Assembly: GCF_036971445.1 (NCBI RefSeq)
Contig: NC_091470.1
Span: 108,872,001-108,936,000, forward strand
DNA length: 64,000 nucleotides
DNA from: Narcine bancroftii
Lineage: Eukaryota
Direction of reading: 5' to 3'
Shown: positions 1 to 13,630 of the stretch, piece by piece
Position numbering within the stretch: the first letter of the stretch is position 1
Layout: every line of letters begins with the position of its first letter
Notes under the pieces: model-generated
What the model was told of the DNA's origin: nothing
Database searches by the model: none
What the model saw: only the letters and a program-made list of their open reading frames with translations
Program-made: the position numbers and the translations under genes

Positions 1-2185
1 GGAGATCAACCCATTCCATGACAGATTCTCAACTAGCCCACGCCACAGGCAAACCCAGGAAGGCGGTCCAATCTGCTGACAGCTGTGCACACTCAGGAAG
101 GGGACATTGCTGGCAAACCCAGTGTTTCCCCCAAGGGCCCTTTGAACTGAGTAGCTATGCCAGGACCAGTTCAAGGTTAGCTCCATTGCAGCTGGCCTGG
201 AGTCACACAAAAGAAACTGCTCTCGACCCTCTCTAAAGCATATATGTGAGTCAGATGTTTTTAAGATGATCTGGTTGTCTCACAGCCACTAATTATAGAC
301 ACTTAGATTCCAAGATTTTTTTAAAAAAACTTTATTCACAGCATTTAAATTTCCCAGCTGTTGTGCACAGATTAAAGCAGCATATTATTTGCCCAGTCTT
401 CTGCTGTCCAGCACAGTAACAGAGACAGTTTACTTCCATGTGCTGGAAGAACTATGCAGACCACACACACCAGAACAAAGGGAAAAGTTCATTCAAAAGA
501 ACAAAAGAGAAGGAACAGAGAAGCCCCTCAAAACCTAATGGCAGGCGTGCAGTTGGTTTGAGATGGGCAAACACATAAGGCTTTCAGATCCTCTTTCACT
601 GAACCGTCCTGTGTTTTAAGAAACCAGTCAGCTGATCGTGCATTTCTACAATTGCCAGTTTCCTGCTGCAATCACTTGTGCTAGAGGTATCTGGTGTTCA
701 AGCCAAAGCACATCCACCACAGGCTCCGAGAAGGAACCCAGCACAGCAGCGCTGACTCCGAGCCCCACTCTACCATGGTCTTTTGGTCAATTTATGCGTT
801 CCTGTTCAAACTAAAACAATTTAAAAAAAAATAACCTCTTGCTCAAATCACCTCAAGTGGAACTGAATTAATTCACTGAATGCTGCTCAATGGACAACAG
901 TGAAATGAGACAGCAAGGGTCCCGGACATGGGGGTGGGGGGGGTGAGGTGGGACTCACTGGCAGCTCAAATCTCTGAAGTCATTTGTCATCCCTTTCCTG
1001 ACATTGAAATCACATTGAAATTCTGGCACGTTTATAAAAAGTCATCATACATTGCAGACAGCCTTTTGTTGCTGGTGTTTGTCCCCAATCATGACTGTGG
1101 ATCTGCATTCATTGAGTGGGCAGTGATATTATTCCTTCACTGTGTGAAATTGTGAGCCACTGACACATTGATCAAACCTGAGGCTTTTAAAAAAAATAAA
1201 TACAGAAGAAGCATGGCTAGCATTTAATGCCTACCCCTCACTGCCCCTGAGAAGGCAAGTCATTGAAGGTGCTCCCACTTCATGTCAGTTTGTTTACATT
1301 TCCAGACTTGTCATCAGAGTATGTATATGACATCACCTACAACCCCGAGATTCTTTTTCCTGTGGTCAAGACAGAATTACCACTCATTGGCCCTTTTTCC
1401 ACTGGCATCCCAGTTAGTTGGCTATGCTGTGTCCTGGTTAAAGAAGCAGTGTTTGCTGTTGCCACTTTTAACTGGGACACAAACTGCTTTCCCACTAACC
1501 ACAATTCATCCCCAGGGATAGGAACGTCTACCTTCAACATAGTCCCAGGATGCAACTCATCCTTTTTCCACTGGTTTAATTGGGACGCTGGCATCAGCTG
1601 ATGCTGGGGACGTGAGTAGGAGTTGAGGCCGTCAATCCCCAGTGTGATTTGACATCAGTGTGGTGATTGAATTGCTTCTCCACTAGACCCTTAATCAGTA
1701 AATTGGCCGTCAATTCCTGGAACAAGGTTCCAGTAGAAAAGGGGCTATTGGTTATGCAAAAAAAGCTGTACACAACATACACATGTAGACAAATAAAGTA
1801 GACAGATAAAGAAATTCAACAAACTGACTGTGCAATACAGAGAGAATCAAAACAACAATGGTTAAGTGCAAAGGTTTGCATGTACATGTTGAATACAGTT
1901 TTTGTTTTGCACTAGTGGTCATTCTGCCTTGCCCACAGGAAAAAAAATTTCAGGGTAGTATGTGATGTCATGTATGTATTCTGACACCAAGTCTGAAATC
2001 TGTGCCGAAGAGATGGAAGTTTCAATATTTAGACAGAACGAGGCTCTTGGGACAATTATATTTCAATGTGTAGGTCCTACATTTTGAGACTTCTAGCACA
2101 GAGGTGAACAACATTATGACAAGGAGGAAGGCCTCAGGCCCAAAACGTCAGTTATATATCTTTACCTTTGATGGTCGCTGTGAGA

Positions 2186-3362
2186 ATCAGAATTTATTGG
2201 CACGAACAAGTTATGAAATTTGGTGTTTTGCAGCAGCCTTATAGTGTAAACATTCATATTATAAACCATCTGACAATAATAATACATAAAAATAACAGTG
2301 CTCGAAAAGTGAGGCAGTGTCTTTGGTTCATTGATTATTCAGGAATCTGATGGCGGAGGGGAAGAAGCTGTCTGTGTGCTGCTGGGTGCTCGTCTTTAGG
2401 CTCCTATACCTCCTTCCCGATAGTAGCAGAGTGAAGAGGGCATGGCCTGGGTGATGGGGGTCCTTGAGGATAGAAGCTGCTTTTTTTTAAAGGAACCGCC
2501 TCATGTAGATGTCCTTGATGGAGTGAAGTCTGGTGCTTGTGAGGTTGCAGGCCAAGTTAACAACCCTCTGGAATTTATTCTTGTCCTGAGAGTTGGCACC
2601 TGCATACCAGGCTGTGATGCAACCAGCCAGAATGCTCTCCACAGTACACATGTCGAAGTTGATGAGAGTCTTCAGTGACCTACCAAATTTTCTCAAACAC
2701 CTCACAAAGTACAGCTGGTGGTGGGTCTTCTTCGTGATTGCATCAACACGGAGGCTTCAGAACAGATCCTTGGAGATGTTGACATGCAGGAATTTAAAGT
2801 TCTTGGCCCTCTCCACAACTGAGTCCTCAATGATGACTTGGTCATGCTCCCCTGACTCCCTCCTGAAGTCCATAATCATCTCCTTGGTTTTGCTAATGTT
2901 GAGTGCAAGGTTGCTGATGTGACACCACTCAAAGAGCTGATCTATCTCCCTCCTGTACCCAGCCTCATTTGTGATTCTGTCAACAACTGTGGTGCCATCT
3001 GCAAACTTGTAGATAGCATTGGAATTGTGCCTGGCCACACAGTCATGGGTGTATAATGAGTAAAGCAGTGGACTAAGCACACATCCTTGGGGTTGATAAT
3101 CAGCGAGGAGGAGACATTGCTTCGTACTGACTGTGGTCTTCCAATGAGAAAGTCAAGGATCCAGTTGAGAAAGCGGGTACAGAGGCCCAGAGTTTGTAGC
3201 TTCTTTACCAGGATGGAGGGAATAATAGTACTGAAGGCTGATCTGTAGTCAATGAAGAGCAGCCATATGTATGGATTGCTGTATTCAAGGTGATCCAGCT
3301 GAGTGGAGAGCCAGCAATATTGCATCTGCTGTAGACCGATTGTGACGATAAGTAAATTGCTG
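2186..3362 (-). mobile_element. Rex1/Babar-type LINE, 5'-truncated decayed RT and 3' end
   Basis: Minus-strand ORF pieces LFIDYRSAFSTIIP, LSPLLYSLYTHDC, KFADGTTVV and LNISKTKEMIMDFRR are RT motifs of the Rex1/Babar clade; frameshifted. Confidence 0.85.
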
Positions 3363-5746
3363 AGTTCCTCCAGCATTTCTGTGTTTAGACTACAGTCACA
3401 GTGTCCACAGACCTTCGTGTTTCACTCAGTGATCAGGAGAGTCCACTTGATCCAAATACTGCAATTCTTCCCACTGACTCTCCAAGTCAATGATGCTCTG
3501 AGCCAACTCATGAACTAGTCGTTTCAGTGGGCGGAACAGCTCAGGTTCCTGACCCACATCTTGCAGGGCCTTCTGGGCCTGGGTTGCATATGTATTCACC
3601 ACATTAAACATGGGTTTGAATTAATTTGCTAAGTATAGTATTTGTGAAGATCACTTTTGACATTGTGATTTTTACACCAATAATCGGATCAGGTAGCGGA
3701 GTAAGCAAGTTGGAACCATATAATATTACATGGCAGAAAACAGGCCCTTTGGCCCTTCTAGTCTGTGTTGAACTATTATTCTGCCTACTTCTACTGACCT
3801 GCACCCAGTCCATATCTTTCCATACACCTCCCATCCAGGTACCTGGCTACAGAATATTCATCCAAAATGCACCAAAAGGGACCGAGTCATCTTGAATACC
3901 ACTGACAGAAAATTATATTGGTCACAGGGCCAATTTCAGAAGGACATTAAACAACATTGTTATTTCACTGTGAGAAACAAACTTTTAAATGCACAGAACT
4001 GAATCAATGAATGGGGTTGAATTCTAGGCATCTGACAGCACAGAAAGAGCCCATTCAACCTGTCAATCCCATGCCAACAATAGTTTTGTTAAAATGATCC
4101 AACAATTATTGGAGCAACTCCACAGGAGGACAAGAAACCGACTGTGGGATGGAGCATTCACTGTAAACTGCTCCTTGCACTCATACCACCACACAGAAAT
4201 TTCAATCTCAGCCATTTGGTGGCTGCAACCAATTAGTCTTTATGGGAATGTGTCCCGCTCAAGCAATAGTGCCAGTCTATGTCCCTTTTCCAAATTAGTT
4301 TTAAGCATTCTTGTTGGGAGGAAAAATATTCCCCATTCTCTGCTCCAAACCTTCTCTATTAATCGCACACCAATGTCCCAGAGTTTTTGCCCATTCAATT
4401 ATTTTTATTTCCATTTATCTGTACCCCACAGTCATGGCATGGAAACAGGCCATTCAGCTCATCATACCAATGCTGAAAATCGACACAACCCACACTTACC
4501 AGCACGAGCCCCATAAGCCCTTCTACACCCTGATGACTTTGGTGCTCACTTAACCATTGTGAGAGTACCCCTTTCCACAACCCCCTCAGACAACAGTAAA
4601 ACACAAAAGTGTATGAAGAGCTCAGGAGGTCAAACCATAAAGATAAAGGTACATAACCAACATTTCGGGCTTGAGCCCTCCATCAAGGTATGGAAAGTCA
4701 GAAACGTTGGATATATATCTTTGCCATATGCCTGCTGAGATTCTCCAGCATTTATTCCACTCAGACAACAGTCCTCCATATTAACCCCTTCGACTCAGTC
4801 AATTTTTAACCTTTCATAATATATACTCCGGACTGGGTCCATGGGTAGACGACATACAAATCAACTGGTAGTTGGGTATGAAACCCGACCCGGAAGACGG
4901 GGACATGGAGCTTGTTGGAGATCCCTGAAAGCAGGGACATGGGGTCCCAAGGGTTAAATATTTAAAAAAACCGGTTCAGAACAGGACTCCCGCTTGGATG
5001 AATGCTTGCGCCGCTGAGGGGTGCAGAGAGCTGACCTAAATGTCCCTTCAGCGTAACTAGAGGCCCATCCGTGTCCGAGAGACGGGCGTTTCAACACAGG
5101 AACCGCATCCCTGCTGACAGCACCGCAATTTCCCCTCGCATCCCTCCCTCGGAAGGCAGAGGGCTTTGAAGACGGACAGTCAAAACGCTTCATAAAGGAA
5201 CAGCTGCTACTTCTGAATGGGGTGGTATTGAACGGCGCGACCATGCAGGCCGTTAGTTCTAGTTTGGTGTTTAACAAAAAGCCAGCACTTTTTTTTTTGT
5301 TTTGCACAGCGTGCCATCGAATGCAACGCTGGTGTGGGCAGAGAATCATTCCCCCGCCCGCCCCTGAGGCCAAGGAGAGATGCTCAATGTGTGGCTCTGT
5401 CCGCTCCGGCCCTCTCCTCGCCAGTGCAGGAGACGGGAGAGTGCCAGAAGCAACAGACCAACTTCATGCTCCCGGAGACAAGTCACTCAGCTGGCTGGTT
5501 AATGCTTCTCCCTCAACCAAATCGAGCTTGTTCGTGCTGCAGAACAGGGGGTGGACCAGTTGATTTAAAAGAACAATCGGCGCCTTTACACCTAGAGATC
5601 TGAGGAACCCGTGCAATACAACGCTCAGAAAGACGGAGTGGTTCACTGCACGTCGATTGTTCCCCAGATGAGTCAAGACTAGTCAAGGAGAAGGCAGTCG
5701 ATAGATTAATTCTGAACACCAACAAGGGAGATTCCCATTTTATTAC

Positions 5747-5935
5747 CTTGCTCGAAGCCTCTTTATTCTATCAATGCAACCAGCCAACAGTCGGACGTCG
5801 TTTGACAAGCTGCTTGGGGAATAAAAAAAAGTCAAGCCATCGCTCCGGCTCCTTTTAAAGAGAAGGTAGGGCCGCCCGCATTACAGATGATTGATGGGCC
5901 AGCCGACCAATCACTGGCGGGGACCGATTGGCAAC
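5747..5935 (-). promoter_or_regulatory. Putative CCAAT/GC-box promoter and first exon of an unidentified minus-strand transcript
   Basis: CpG-rich patch (~4980-6000). CCAAT 5907-5911, ATTGG 5927-5931, GGCGGGG 5916-5922, TTTAAAA on minus strand 5853-5859, and a donor-like CAAG|GTAATA at 5747/5746. No coding exon identified. Confidence 0.35.
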
Positions 5936-6113
5936 ATTGTCTGGAACGGTGCCGACACCAATGAACGTGGACTACTTTGGGGGCAGCGTGCAGACAATGA
6001 CAAGAGTGCGTCAGCTGGTATTTGTACGATCCAGTGATCATTGGGGTCTAAGAGGGCGAGCAAGTTCTTGGGAGTCACTTTCTCGGAGAATCTTTCCCGG
6101 ACCCAACACGGAT

Positions 6114-7125
6114 TTCAGATTCAGGTTTATTGTCAGAGTAGATACATGACATCACATACAGCCCTGAGATCCTTTCTCCTGCGGTAAAAGCAGAATAACC
6201 ACTTATTGGCAGTGCAAAATAAAAACTGACCCATGCAAACAAATAAAGAAATGTAAACAATAATGAGAAAAAAGTCAATAAGGTCCAAAAGTCAGAGTCC
6301 TGATTGAGTTTGTTGTTGAGGAGTCTGACAGTGGAGGGGTAGCAGCTGTTCCTGAACCTGGTGGTGCCAGTCTTGTGGCACCAATACCTCTTTCCTGATG
6401 GCAGCAGCTAGAACAGAGTGCGCACTGAATGGAGTGGATCCTTGATGATCGCTGCTGCTCTCCGACACCAGCGTTCCCTGCAGATTTTCACGATGGTGGT
6501 GTGGGTTTTACCTGTGGTGACCTGGGCTGTGTCCACTACCTTTTGCAGGGCTTTCTACCCAAGGGTATTGGTGTCCCTGTACCGAACCATGATGCAGTCA
6601 GTCAGCTCACTTTCCTCCACACAAAGGTAGAAATTTGCCAGGGTTTCTGATGTCATACTAAACCTCCACAAACTCCTGAGGAAGTAGAGGTGCTGACATG
6701 CCTTCTTCACAATGCCATTTGTTGTTGGGACCAGGAGAGATACCACAAGATAGTGACTCCCAAGAACTTAAGTTTGCTTACCCTCTCCACCTCTGATTCC
6801 CCAATGGTCACTGGATCATACACCTCTGGTTTTCCCTTCCTGAAGTCAATAATCAGCTCCTTGGTTTTGGTGACATTGAGTGTGAGGTTGTTGTTGGTGC
6901 AGCATTCATCCAGGTTTTCAATCTCCCTCTGATATGCTGACTCTTTTCCCCTTTTTATACAACCACTACCATGGTCAGCAAATTTTTGAATGGTATTGTT
7001 GTACCGAGCCGCACAGTCATAGGTGTATAGCAAGAAGAGCAGGGGGCTAAGAATGAAGCCCTGTGATGTTCCAGTACTGATGGAGATGTTCTTACCAATC
7101 GTCATTGATTGTGGTCTGGAGGTGC
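6114..7125 (-). mobile_element. Rex1/Babar-type LINE 3' fragment
   Basis: ORF 6707..7141 contains GTSQGFILSPLLFLLYTYDC, KFAD, LNVTKTKELIIDFRK and KFLGV; the 3' UTR resembles other copies in the window. Confidence 0.85.
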
Positions 7126-7359
7126 ATGTGCACACATGCATATATATGATTTAACATATACACATAAACATATAGACATACATATGCAGAAACATACTGA
7201 AGAATTATTCATCAGTATACTGAAATCAAGTGGGGTGAAGCACAAAAGCCTGCAGACACTGTGATTGTTGTAAAGAAAACACATAAAAATGCTGGAGGAA
7301 CTCAGCTGGTCTATGAGAGGCAAAGATATATTATTGACGTTTCAGCCTGAGCCCTTACC

Positions 7360-7806
7360 ATAGAACACTACAGCACAGAAACAGGCCCCTTCAGCCCTTC
7401 TAGCCTGTGCCAAACCATTTTTTTTGCTTGGTCCCACTGACCTGCAACCCTCTCCCATAGCCCTCCATACCTCCCATCCATGTACCGGTCCAAACTCTTC
7501 TTAAATGTTAAAATTTGAGCCCACATTCATCACTTCATCTGGCAGTTCATTCCACCTTCCCTCTCTGTGTCAAGAAGTTCCCTCCAAACTTTTCCCCTTT
7601 CACCCTTAACCCACATCCTCTGATTTGTATCTCACTTACCCTCAGTGGAAAAAGCCTACCTACATTTATTCTGTCTATTCCCCTCATAATTTTAAATACC
7701 TCTAACAAATCATCCTTCATTCTTCTACGCTCCAGGGAATAAAGTCCTAACCTGTTTAAACTATCCTTGTAACTCAGTTCATGAAGTCCTGACATCATCC
7801 TAGTAA
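7360..7806 (-). mobile_element. CR1 LINE 3' fragment
   Basis: ORF 7547..7798 LGLYSLERRRMKDDLLEVFKIMRGIDR is the CR1 ORF2 C-terminus. Confidence 0.85.
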
Positions 7807-8619
7807 TTTCGAGACCGTTGCTGGAAGAGGAGGAGCTAGGAACTGAGGAGAGCTGTGACCTTCTTCAAGGAATAAGCAAAACACAAGAAGGTGCCAGAAT
7901 AAAAACTGAAGACTGGCCAGGGGAAGAGTCCAGATGACAAAAGGTGTTAATTGGATATGATAAGCAGAAAGGTGAGAATCAATTTTGGCTCTGTGAAAGG
8001 AGCAAAAGGAAAAGTGGGGGTGGGGGATTGGGGAAGAGAGAGAGATAAAAAGAAGGCCCTTTTATAGAGAAAAAATTGCGACTGTAAAGGCAGAGATTCT
8101 CCACCCTTACGGCGCTGAGCCTACCTCCGTGCGCGGCTCCAAGACACCGAATCCAACCCTTCCTCAGGCTGGTCACACAGGTGGAGTGGACTGCTCCACT
8201 TCACTCCATAATTGTGTTGCTGTTCCAAGTGGTTGGCTAGGGGCAGGCTGAGACACAGGAGTGCCAATTAAAAAACCCCGACTGCTTGCACAGTAGAAAA
8301 TGCATTGGAGGTACATTCTTATCAACGGCCCTAGAATTCAGAGTAAAAAATTGAGTTTTAATTGGGGAGATCTAAGGCCGCTATTTTCTGATATAGGGCT
8401 CTTTCCCACTCAGCCCCTATGTATGACGTCATGTCAGTGGGCAGCGCTACAGTACCAGTCACCCCGCCTCCATCGGCTCCGGAGGATGCAACGAGGTGCC
8501 ACTGTTCGTGAAAGCGACACTGTAGCAGCCCTTTAGGCCTTCTCTATAAAAAAGGTAGGCACAGATTTTTCTCCACTGATGATGCCGGCCTCGAAGTGGT
8601 GCCCCTCCCTAAAAACACC

Positions 8620-8632
8620 TAGAGAGAGAGTG

Positions 8633-8670
<38 letters not shown>
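8620..8670. repeat. (GA)n microsatellite
   Basis: Visible GA dinucleotide run with a few interruptions. Confidence 0.95.
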
Positions 8671-8674
<4 letters not shown>

Positions 8675-9451
8675 AGATTGGGAAAGACGACGGGCTTAAC
8701 AGAAACTGGAGAAGTCGATGTTAATACCATCCAGTTGGAGTGCCCAGACGGAAGATGAGCTGTTGCCCCTCCATTTTGCAGGTGGTCTCAGTCTGGTGGT
8801 GCATGTCCACATGTAAAAGCAAGCCATCCTTGTTTTGTCATACAATGTATTCAACTGATAAGGTAGTTATAAATGGAACGGGAATGGTTTTAGAACATGA
8901 TTTGCATTTCAAACTCCTGCATTGATTTAATCAAAGTTCCTCAAGGTGTTGTGTTACAAACTGCTAGAAGCAGCTGCCAAAGTCTGTGGCAAGAGCCATC
9001 AGTCACTTTGCGAAGTGTGCAGACAGGTGAACTTTAAAAGTGTTGAGGATCCTTTGATATTGGAGAGGATGTGGTGAGCAAACAGCAAACCTTGAACATG
9101 CCTCACTGAACTCACTGTTTAAATCAAGTTCAGTGTTTCACACAAAGCAACATGTGCAGTATGCATTCCCAGGGGAGAGTGAGGATTATTTGGGAAATCC
9201 AATCCATCTGTCTGCCCATCTGCATCAGTTTGACACCAGCATAAGAGGTGCAATAATTCCTGATTGATTGAGCAGACATTCCCATGATCTCACAGACACA
9301 AGGGGTGGAGATCTCCTGTGAAGGAATCAAATGGAAGGAGTTCCCACTTGTTGCTGCCCTCTGCTGCAAGAGAGTCATAGTGGTTTCCTGCATGGAAACA
9401 GCCCCAACAGACCAACTCGACCGTGCTGACCAAGTTGGCGACCTGAGTTAA

Positions 9452-10842
9452 CCTTATCTGGCAGAACTTGGCTCATTTCCCAGAGGTTGATAGAGAAGCT
9501 GTCCTCACTGTGGCTCAACACCCCTTTCTGTAACTGGAAGACTGTAGCCTGTCTGGTCAGTAGCAGGACATCAAGCACTATCATGCCATGCACTTGCACA
9601 CCTCAAGGCTGTGTGCTGTGCCCGTTCCTGTTCACGCCATTGATCCACGACTTCATCACCAGATCTAGCTTCAACAGTGTCATCAAGTTTGCAGGTGACA
9701 CAACAGTAGTTGGCCTTGTCAGCAACAACAATGAGTCGCACTGCAGAACTGAGGCGCAAACTCTCGTAGTACGGTGGGAGAGTAAACACCCGAGTCTCAT
9801 CATGGACAAGATGAAGGAGATGATCGTGGACTTCAGGACAACCAGGAACGACCACCCTCCACTACATATCAACAACTCTGTCGTAGAGAGAGGGGAGAGC
9901 ACCAAATTCCTTGTGATCCACTTAACTAGTGACCTATCGTGAACACGCAACATCTCCTCACTTATCATGAAGGTGCAACGGTGACTGCACTTTCTGGAAA
10001 ACCTGAAGTGGGCAAGACTACTGGCCACCATTATGTCAGCCTTCTACAGGAGCTCTATCGAGAGTACCCTGGCCGGCTGCATCACAGTGTGGTTACGGTT
10101 GCTGCAGAGAAAAGGATCAGAGGGAGTGCTGAATTCAGACTTGGTCCTAAGCTATATAAAGCTTGGAGGCCCCTTGTTAAAAATTACAATACAAATTATT
10201 TTCATATGAATGCATTTACTGATGAGATATTTATCATTTGGATGGCTTGATCTCTATCATAGATTATAATATAGTATGACCTGGAAACAGTACTTAAGTG
10301 TAATTTTTAAAATAGTTTTAACATACATTAATATATTTTTGAGGCCCCTGCGGATTGTGAGGCCCTCACAAGCTTGTTGAGCTTGTGCCTAAATCCAGCA
10401 CTGATCAGAGGTCAATCCACAGACCATAAGAGCAGCAGAGAGGATCACTGGAGTCCCCCTGCCTCCCCCAATCGACGCGATCTACCGGGATCGATGTCTG
10501 AAGAGGGCGTGCAAAATCATTGAGGACCCCTTCCACCCTGCACTCAGCAGCTTTCAGCTACTCCCGTCAGGGAAGAGATGCAGGAGGATCAGAGCCAGCA
10601 CCGCCAGGCTGAGGAGCAGCTTCTTCCCGTGGGCAGTGAGAACGCTGAATGACCAAAGGGACCGCTCACACTGACCACCCGAGACTCTCATATTTAGGAA
10701 ACAATATTTATTTATTTGTACTTATGAATACTTGTCCTGCATATGCATTATTTGTCTGTATGTGTGTCATGTCTGGTTGTGTGTCGGCATGTTTTGCACC
10801 AAGGACCAGAGAACACTGTTTCATCACATTGTACTTGACTTG
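9452..10842 (+). mobile_element. Rex1/Babar-type LINE 3' part, interrupted by a hAT MITE
   Basis: ORF 9487..9942 TPQGCVLCPFLF, KFAGDTTVVGL, KMKEMIVDFR; LINE sequence resumes at 10404 and ends in a cttga-type tail. Confidence 0.85.
10124..10403. mobile_element. hAT-type MITE (280 bp)
   Basis: Perfect 8-bp TSD ATCAGAGG (10116-10123 and 10404-10411); imperfect TIRs GAGTGCTGAATTCAGAC / GCCTAAATCCAGCACTG. Confidence 0.85.
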
Positions 10843-10975
10843 ATATCTCTCCAAACCATGAGCGAGCTTTATTTGCCAGAACTTGGCCCATATCTCTCCA
10901 AACCATTCCTATCCATGTTCCTATCACTGTTGACATGTCTTTTAAGCATTACAACTGTTCTCACCTCCACCACTT

Positions 10976-11210
10976 AAATTTAGACATACAGCACAGTAAC
11001 AGGCCCATGTGTCCGTGCCGCCCAATTTACACCCCATTAACCTACACCTCTGGTATGTTTCGAAGGATGGGAGAAAACGGAGCCCCCAGAGAAAACTCAC
11101 ACAGACATGGTGAGAACGTACAAACTCCTTACAGAGAACCTGGGATTCAAACCCCAGTCCTGATCGCTGGTGCTGTAATAGCGTTGCGCTAACTGCTATG
11201 CCCACCCTGC
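10976..11210 (-). mobile_element. V-SINE (tRNA-derived, HE1-like); further copies at ~13008-13210, 39020-39245, 47690-47905, 55315-55560, 56245-56440
   Basis: Minus strand reads GGAGTTTGTACGTTCTCACCATGTCTGTGTGAGTTTTCTC (V-domain-like), preceded by a B-box-like GGTTTGAATCC. Confidence 0.75.
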
Positions 11211-11611
11211 TACTTCTTTTGGCAGTTCCTTCCATATACATACCATCTGTATAAAAATGTTGTCCCTCAGTTCACTTTTAAACCTCGTCCCACCTCACCG
11301 TAAATCCATTGTGTCTTCTCTTATTGCTTTCATAATTAAAAATAAGATTACCCTTGCCCTGTTCAAACTGATCTCTCTCTAACCTCTGCACCATGTTCTG
11401 TGTTTTATTTGTTGTACTTATGTATGTATGTATGAATTAACAGGCTGGAGAGCATGCAACACAAAGGTTTTCACTCTACCTCAACACACCTAACAATAAA
11501 CTTGACTTGTACTTGATCAGAATATTTACATAATTCACAAATTAGGAATTGTCCTCATCCAGGATGCATTCCAGCCACTGTGGAATCCACCCTATTAAGA
11601 ATGGTCTCCAG

Positions 11612-12140
11612 CAGTGGTGTCACCCAGTACAGTAACTTGTGGCGTCACACACCAATCCCCCCATGGCTACTACTTCATCCTCAAAAAAAGTTATTGATAT
11701 AGGTTCACAAATACTAATGTCCACAATTTAGTTGCAAAAACATCAGAAAATTTGACAAAAGCAGTGACTATAACATCCCCAGCAGCAACAAAAACAACAG
11801 CGCTTGCTTGTGGCGCGTGCAAATGAAACCACGTGATTTAAAGCATCATTGTCATTGGGTAATAATTAAAGCTCTGACTGGAGCACATTAGAAGATTCAA
11901 AAAGTAAATGAACGTCGAGCTTTAGCCTTGTAGGTCTATTGATACATGTAAGATGGGCTCATGAAAAATGTTTTCATTGTTGTAACTAACAACAGGGATA
12001 TTTTTATAATAAATAATACATTTCTGCTAAAATGCTGAACAAAAATTTTATAGACAGTAATTTTGGTGTCACCCCCCCCTGAAGGTGTCACCTGGTACAG
12101 TCTGCAACCCACCCCCCCCCCCACTTCAGTGATGCCAGTG
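11612..12140. mobile_element. hAT-type MITE
   Basis: Ends CAGTGGTGTCAC / GTGATGCCAGTG; 8-bp TSD GTCTCCAG / GCCTCCAG (7 of 8 match). Confidence 0.65.
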
Positions 12141-12489
12141 GCCTCCAGTGAGCCAACGGACACTATGCATTCCCTCTCCACACACACTCAGGCGTGGACA
12201 CATCCTCGGAAGAGGGGAAGAAGGTGCTTGGCTCAGGTGGACCCATCGGTGCTCACTGTTAGGTCAGGCCCAGGGACTGACTGGCAAGGAGTTTCTGCCC
12301 GCCACACCCATTTCTCCACACCAGGGTCTCTAAGATTAAAAGAGAAATGAAGTTGTCATCCTGGGCCCAGAGCAGACTCAAATTTAGCAACTGTTTTTGA
12401 GGAACTGGAGAGAGACAATATGTTCAAGATCAAGGAAGTATTTCTCTGGGGACAACAAGATATCAGAAACTAAAAAAAAAACCCAGAAC

Positions 12490-13630
12490 ATTATAGCAAA
12501 GTTCAGGAGTGCTGCCAACCTATATAAACCTACTCAACAATCTAATCCTTCCCTATCTCACGCTTATAACCCTCTGGTTTTGTTTTTTTTGCATCCATGT
12601 GCTAAGAGTCTTTAAAATGTCCCTATTGTACCAGCCTCCACCACCAGTGCTGGCAAGGCATTCCAGGCACCCATCACTCTCTGCTTAAAAAACATCTCCG
12701 CTAAACTTTTCTCCCCTCACCTTAAACACCTCTGGTATTTGCTACTGTAGCCCTGGGAAAGACATGCTAGTTGTCCATCCTATAATGCCTCTCATAATCT
12801 TATAGGCCTCTATCCTTCTTCACTCCAAAGAGAAAGGTCCTTGCTCTGTTAACCTTAAGACCCATTCTCCAATCCAGGCAACATCCTCTGCACCCTCTCC
12901 ATAGCTTCCACGTCCTTCCTGTGATGAGGGGACCAGAACTGAACACAATATTCCAAGTATGGTCTTATTAGCATTTTTTAAATACTTTTAAAAAATCTTT
13001 TTTTTTCATTTAGACATACAGCACATCAACAGACCCCTCTAACCCACAAGACCATGATACCCAAATACCTGTAACCCCCCCCCCGTATGTTTTGAAAGGT
13101 AGAGGGAAAAAAACCAAAGCAGAAGAACGTACAAACTCCTTACAGACAGCACCTGATTTGAATCTGGATGCTACAGTAGCATTGCAGTAACCACTACGCT
13201 AACCAGGCCACAATTTTATAGAGCAGCAACATTACCTCATGGATCTAGAACACAATCCCCCAATTCAGGAAGGCCAGCCTACCATAGGCCTTCTTAACTA
13301 CCCTATTGCAGGCAATCTTGAGCATTTAATCATTAACCATGTACTCCACCTTCAAGTTCGACCTTCCATAAGACTTCACTTCTTATTTATCCAGGATTGA
13401 ACCGTATTTGCTATTTTCCTCCCAATTCTGCATCCTGTTGTAACCTCTGATAACGTCTACACCATCCACATCACCTCCAATCTTTGCACCATCTGCAAAC
13501 TGACTGACCCACCCCTTCCACTTCTTCGTCCAGGTCATTTATAAAAATCACAAGGATCAGGGGTCCCAAAACAGATCCCTGTGGAACTCCCCTTGTTTCT
13601 GACCTCCGACCCTCTGCTTTCTGCAGGAAA
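12490..13630 (-). mobile_element. Decayed CR1 fragments with a nested V-SINE
   Basis: ORF 13471..13722 contains [22 protein letters not shown] (CR1 RT); CR1-like 3' sequence toward 12490. Confidence 0.7.

Noticed and set aside
1263-1782. Overlapping ORFs on both strands
   Set aside because: No recognisable motif or consistent splice frame; runs into a LINE tail.
4954-5373. 139-aa minus-strand ORF in the CpG-rich patch
   Set aside because: Non-ATG start, no recognisable domain; expected by chance in GC-rich DNA.
8058-8555. Possible MITE or promoter (short inverted TTTTATAGAGA ends, TGACGTCA at 8424)
   Set aside because: Inverted match is short, there is no TSD and no linked exon.
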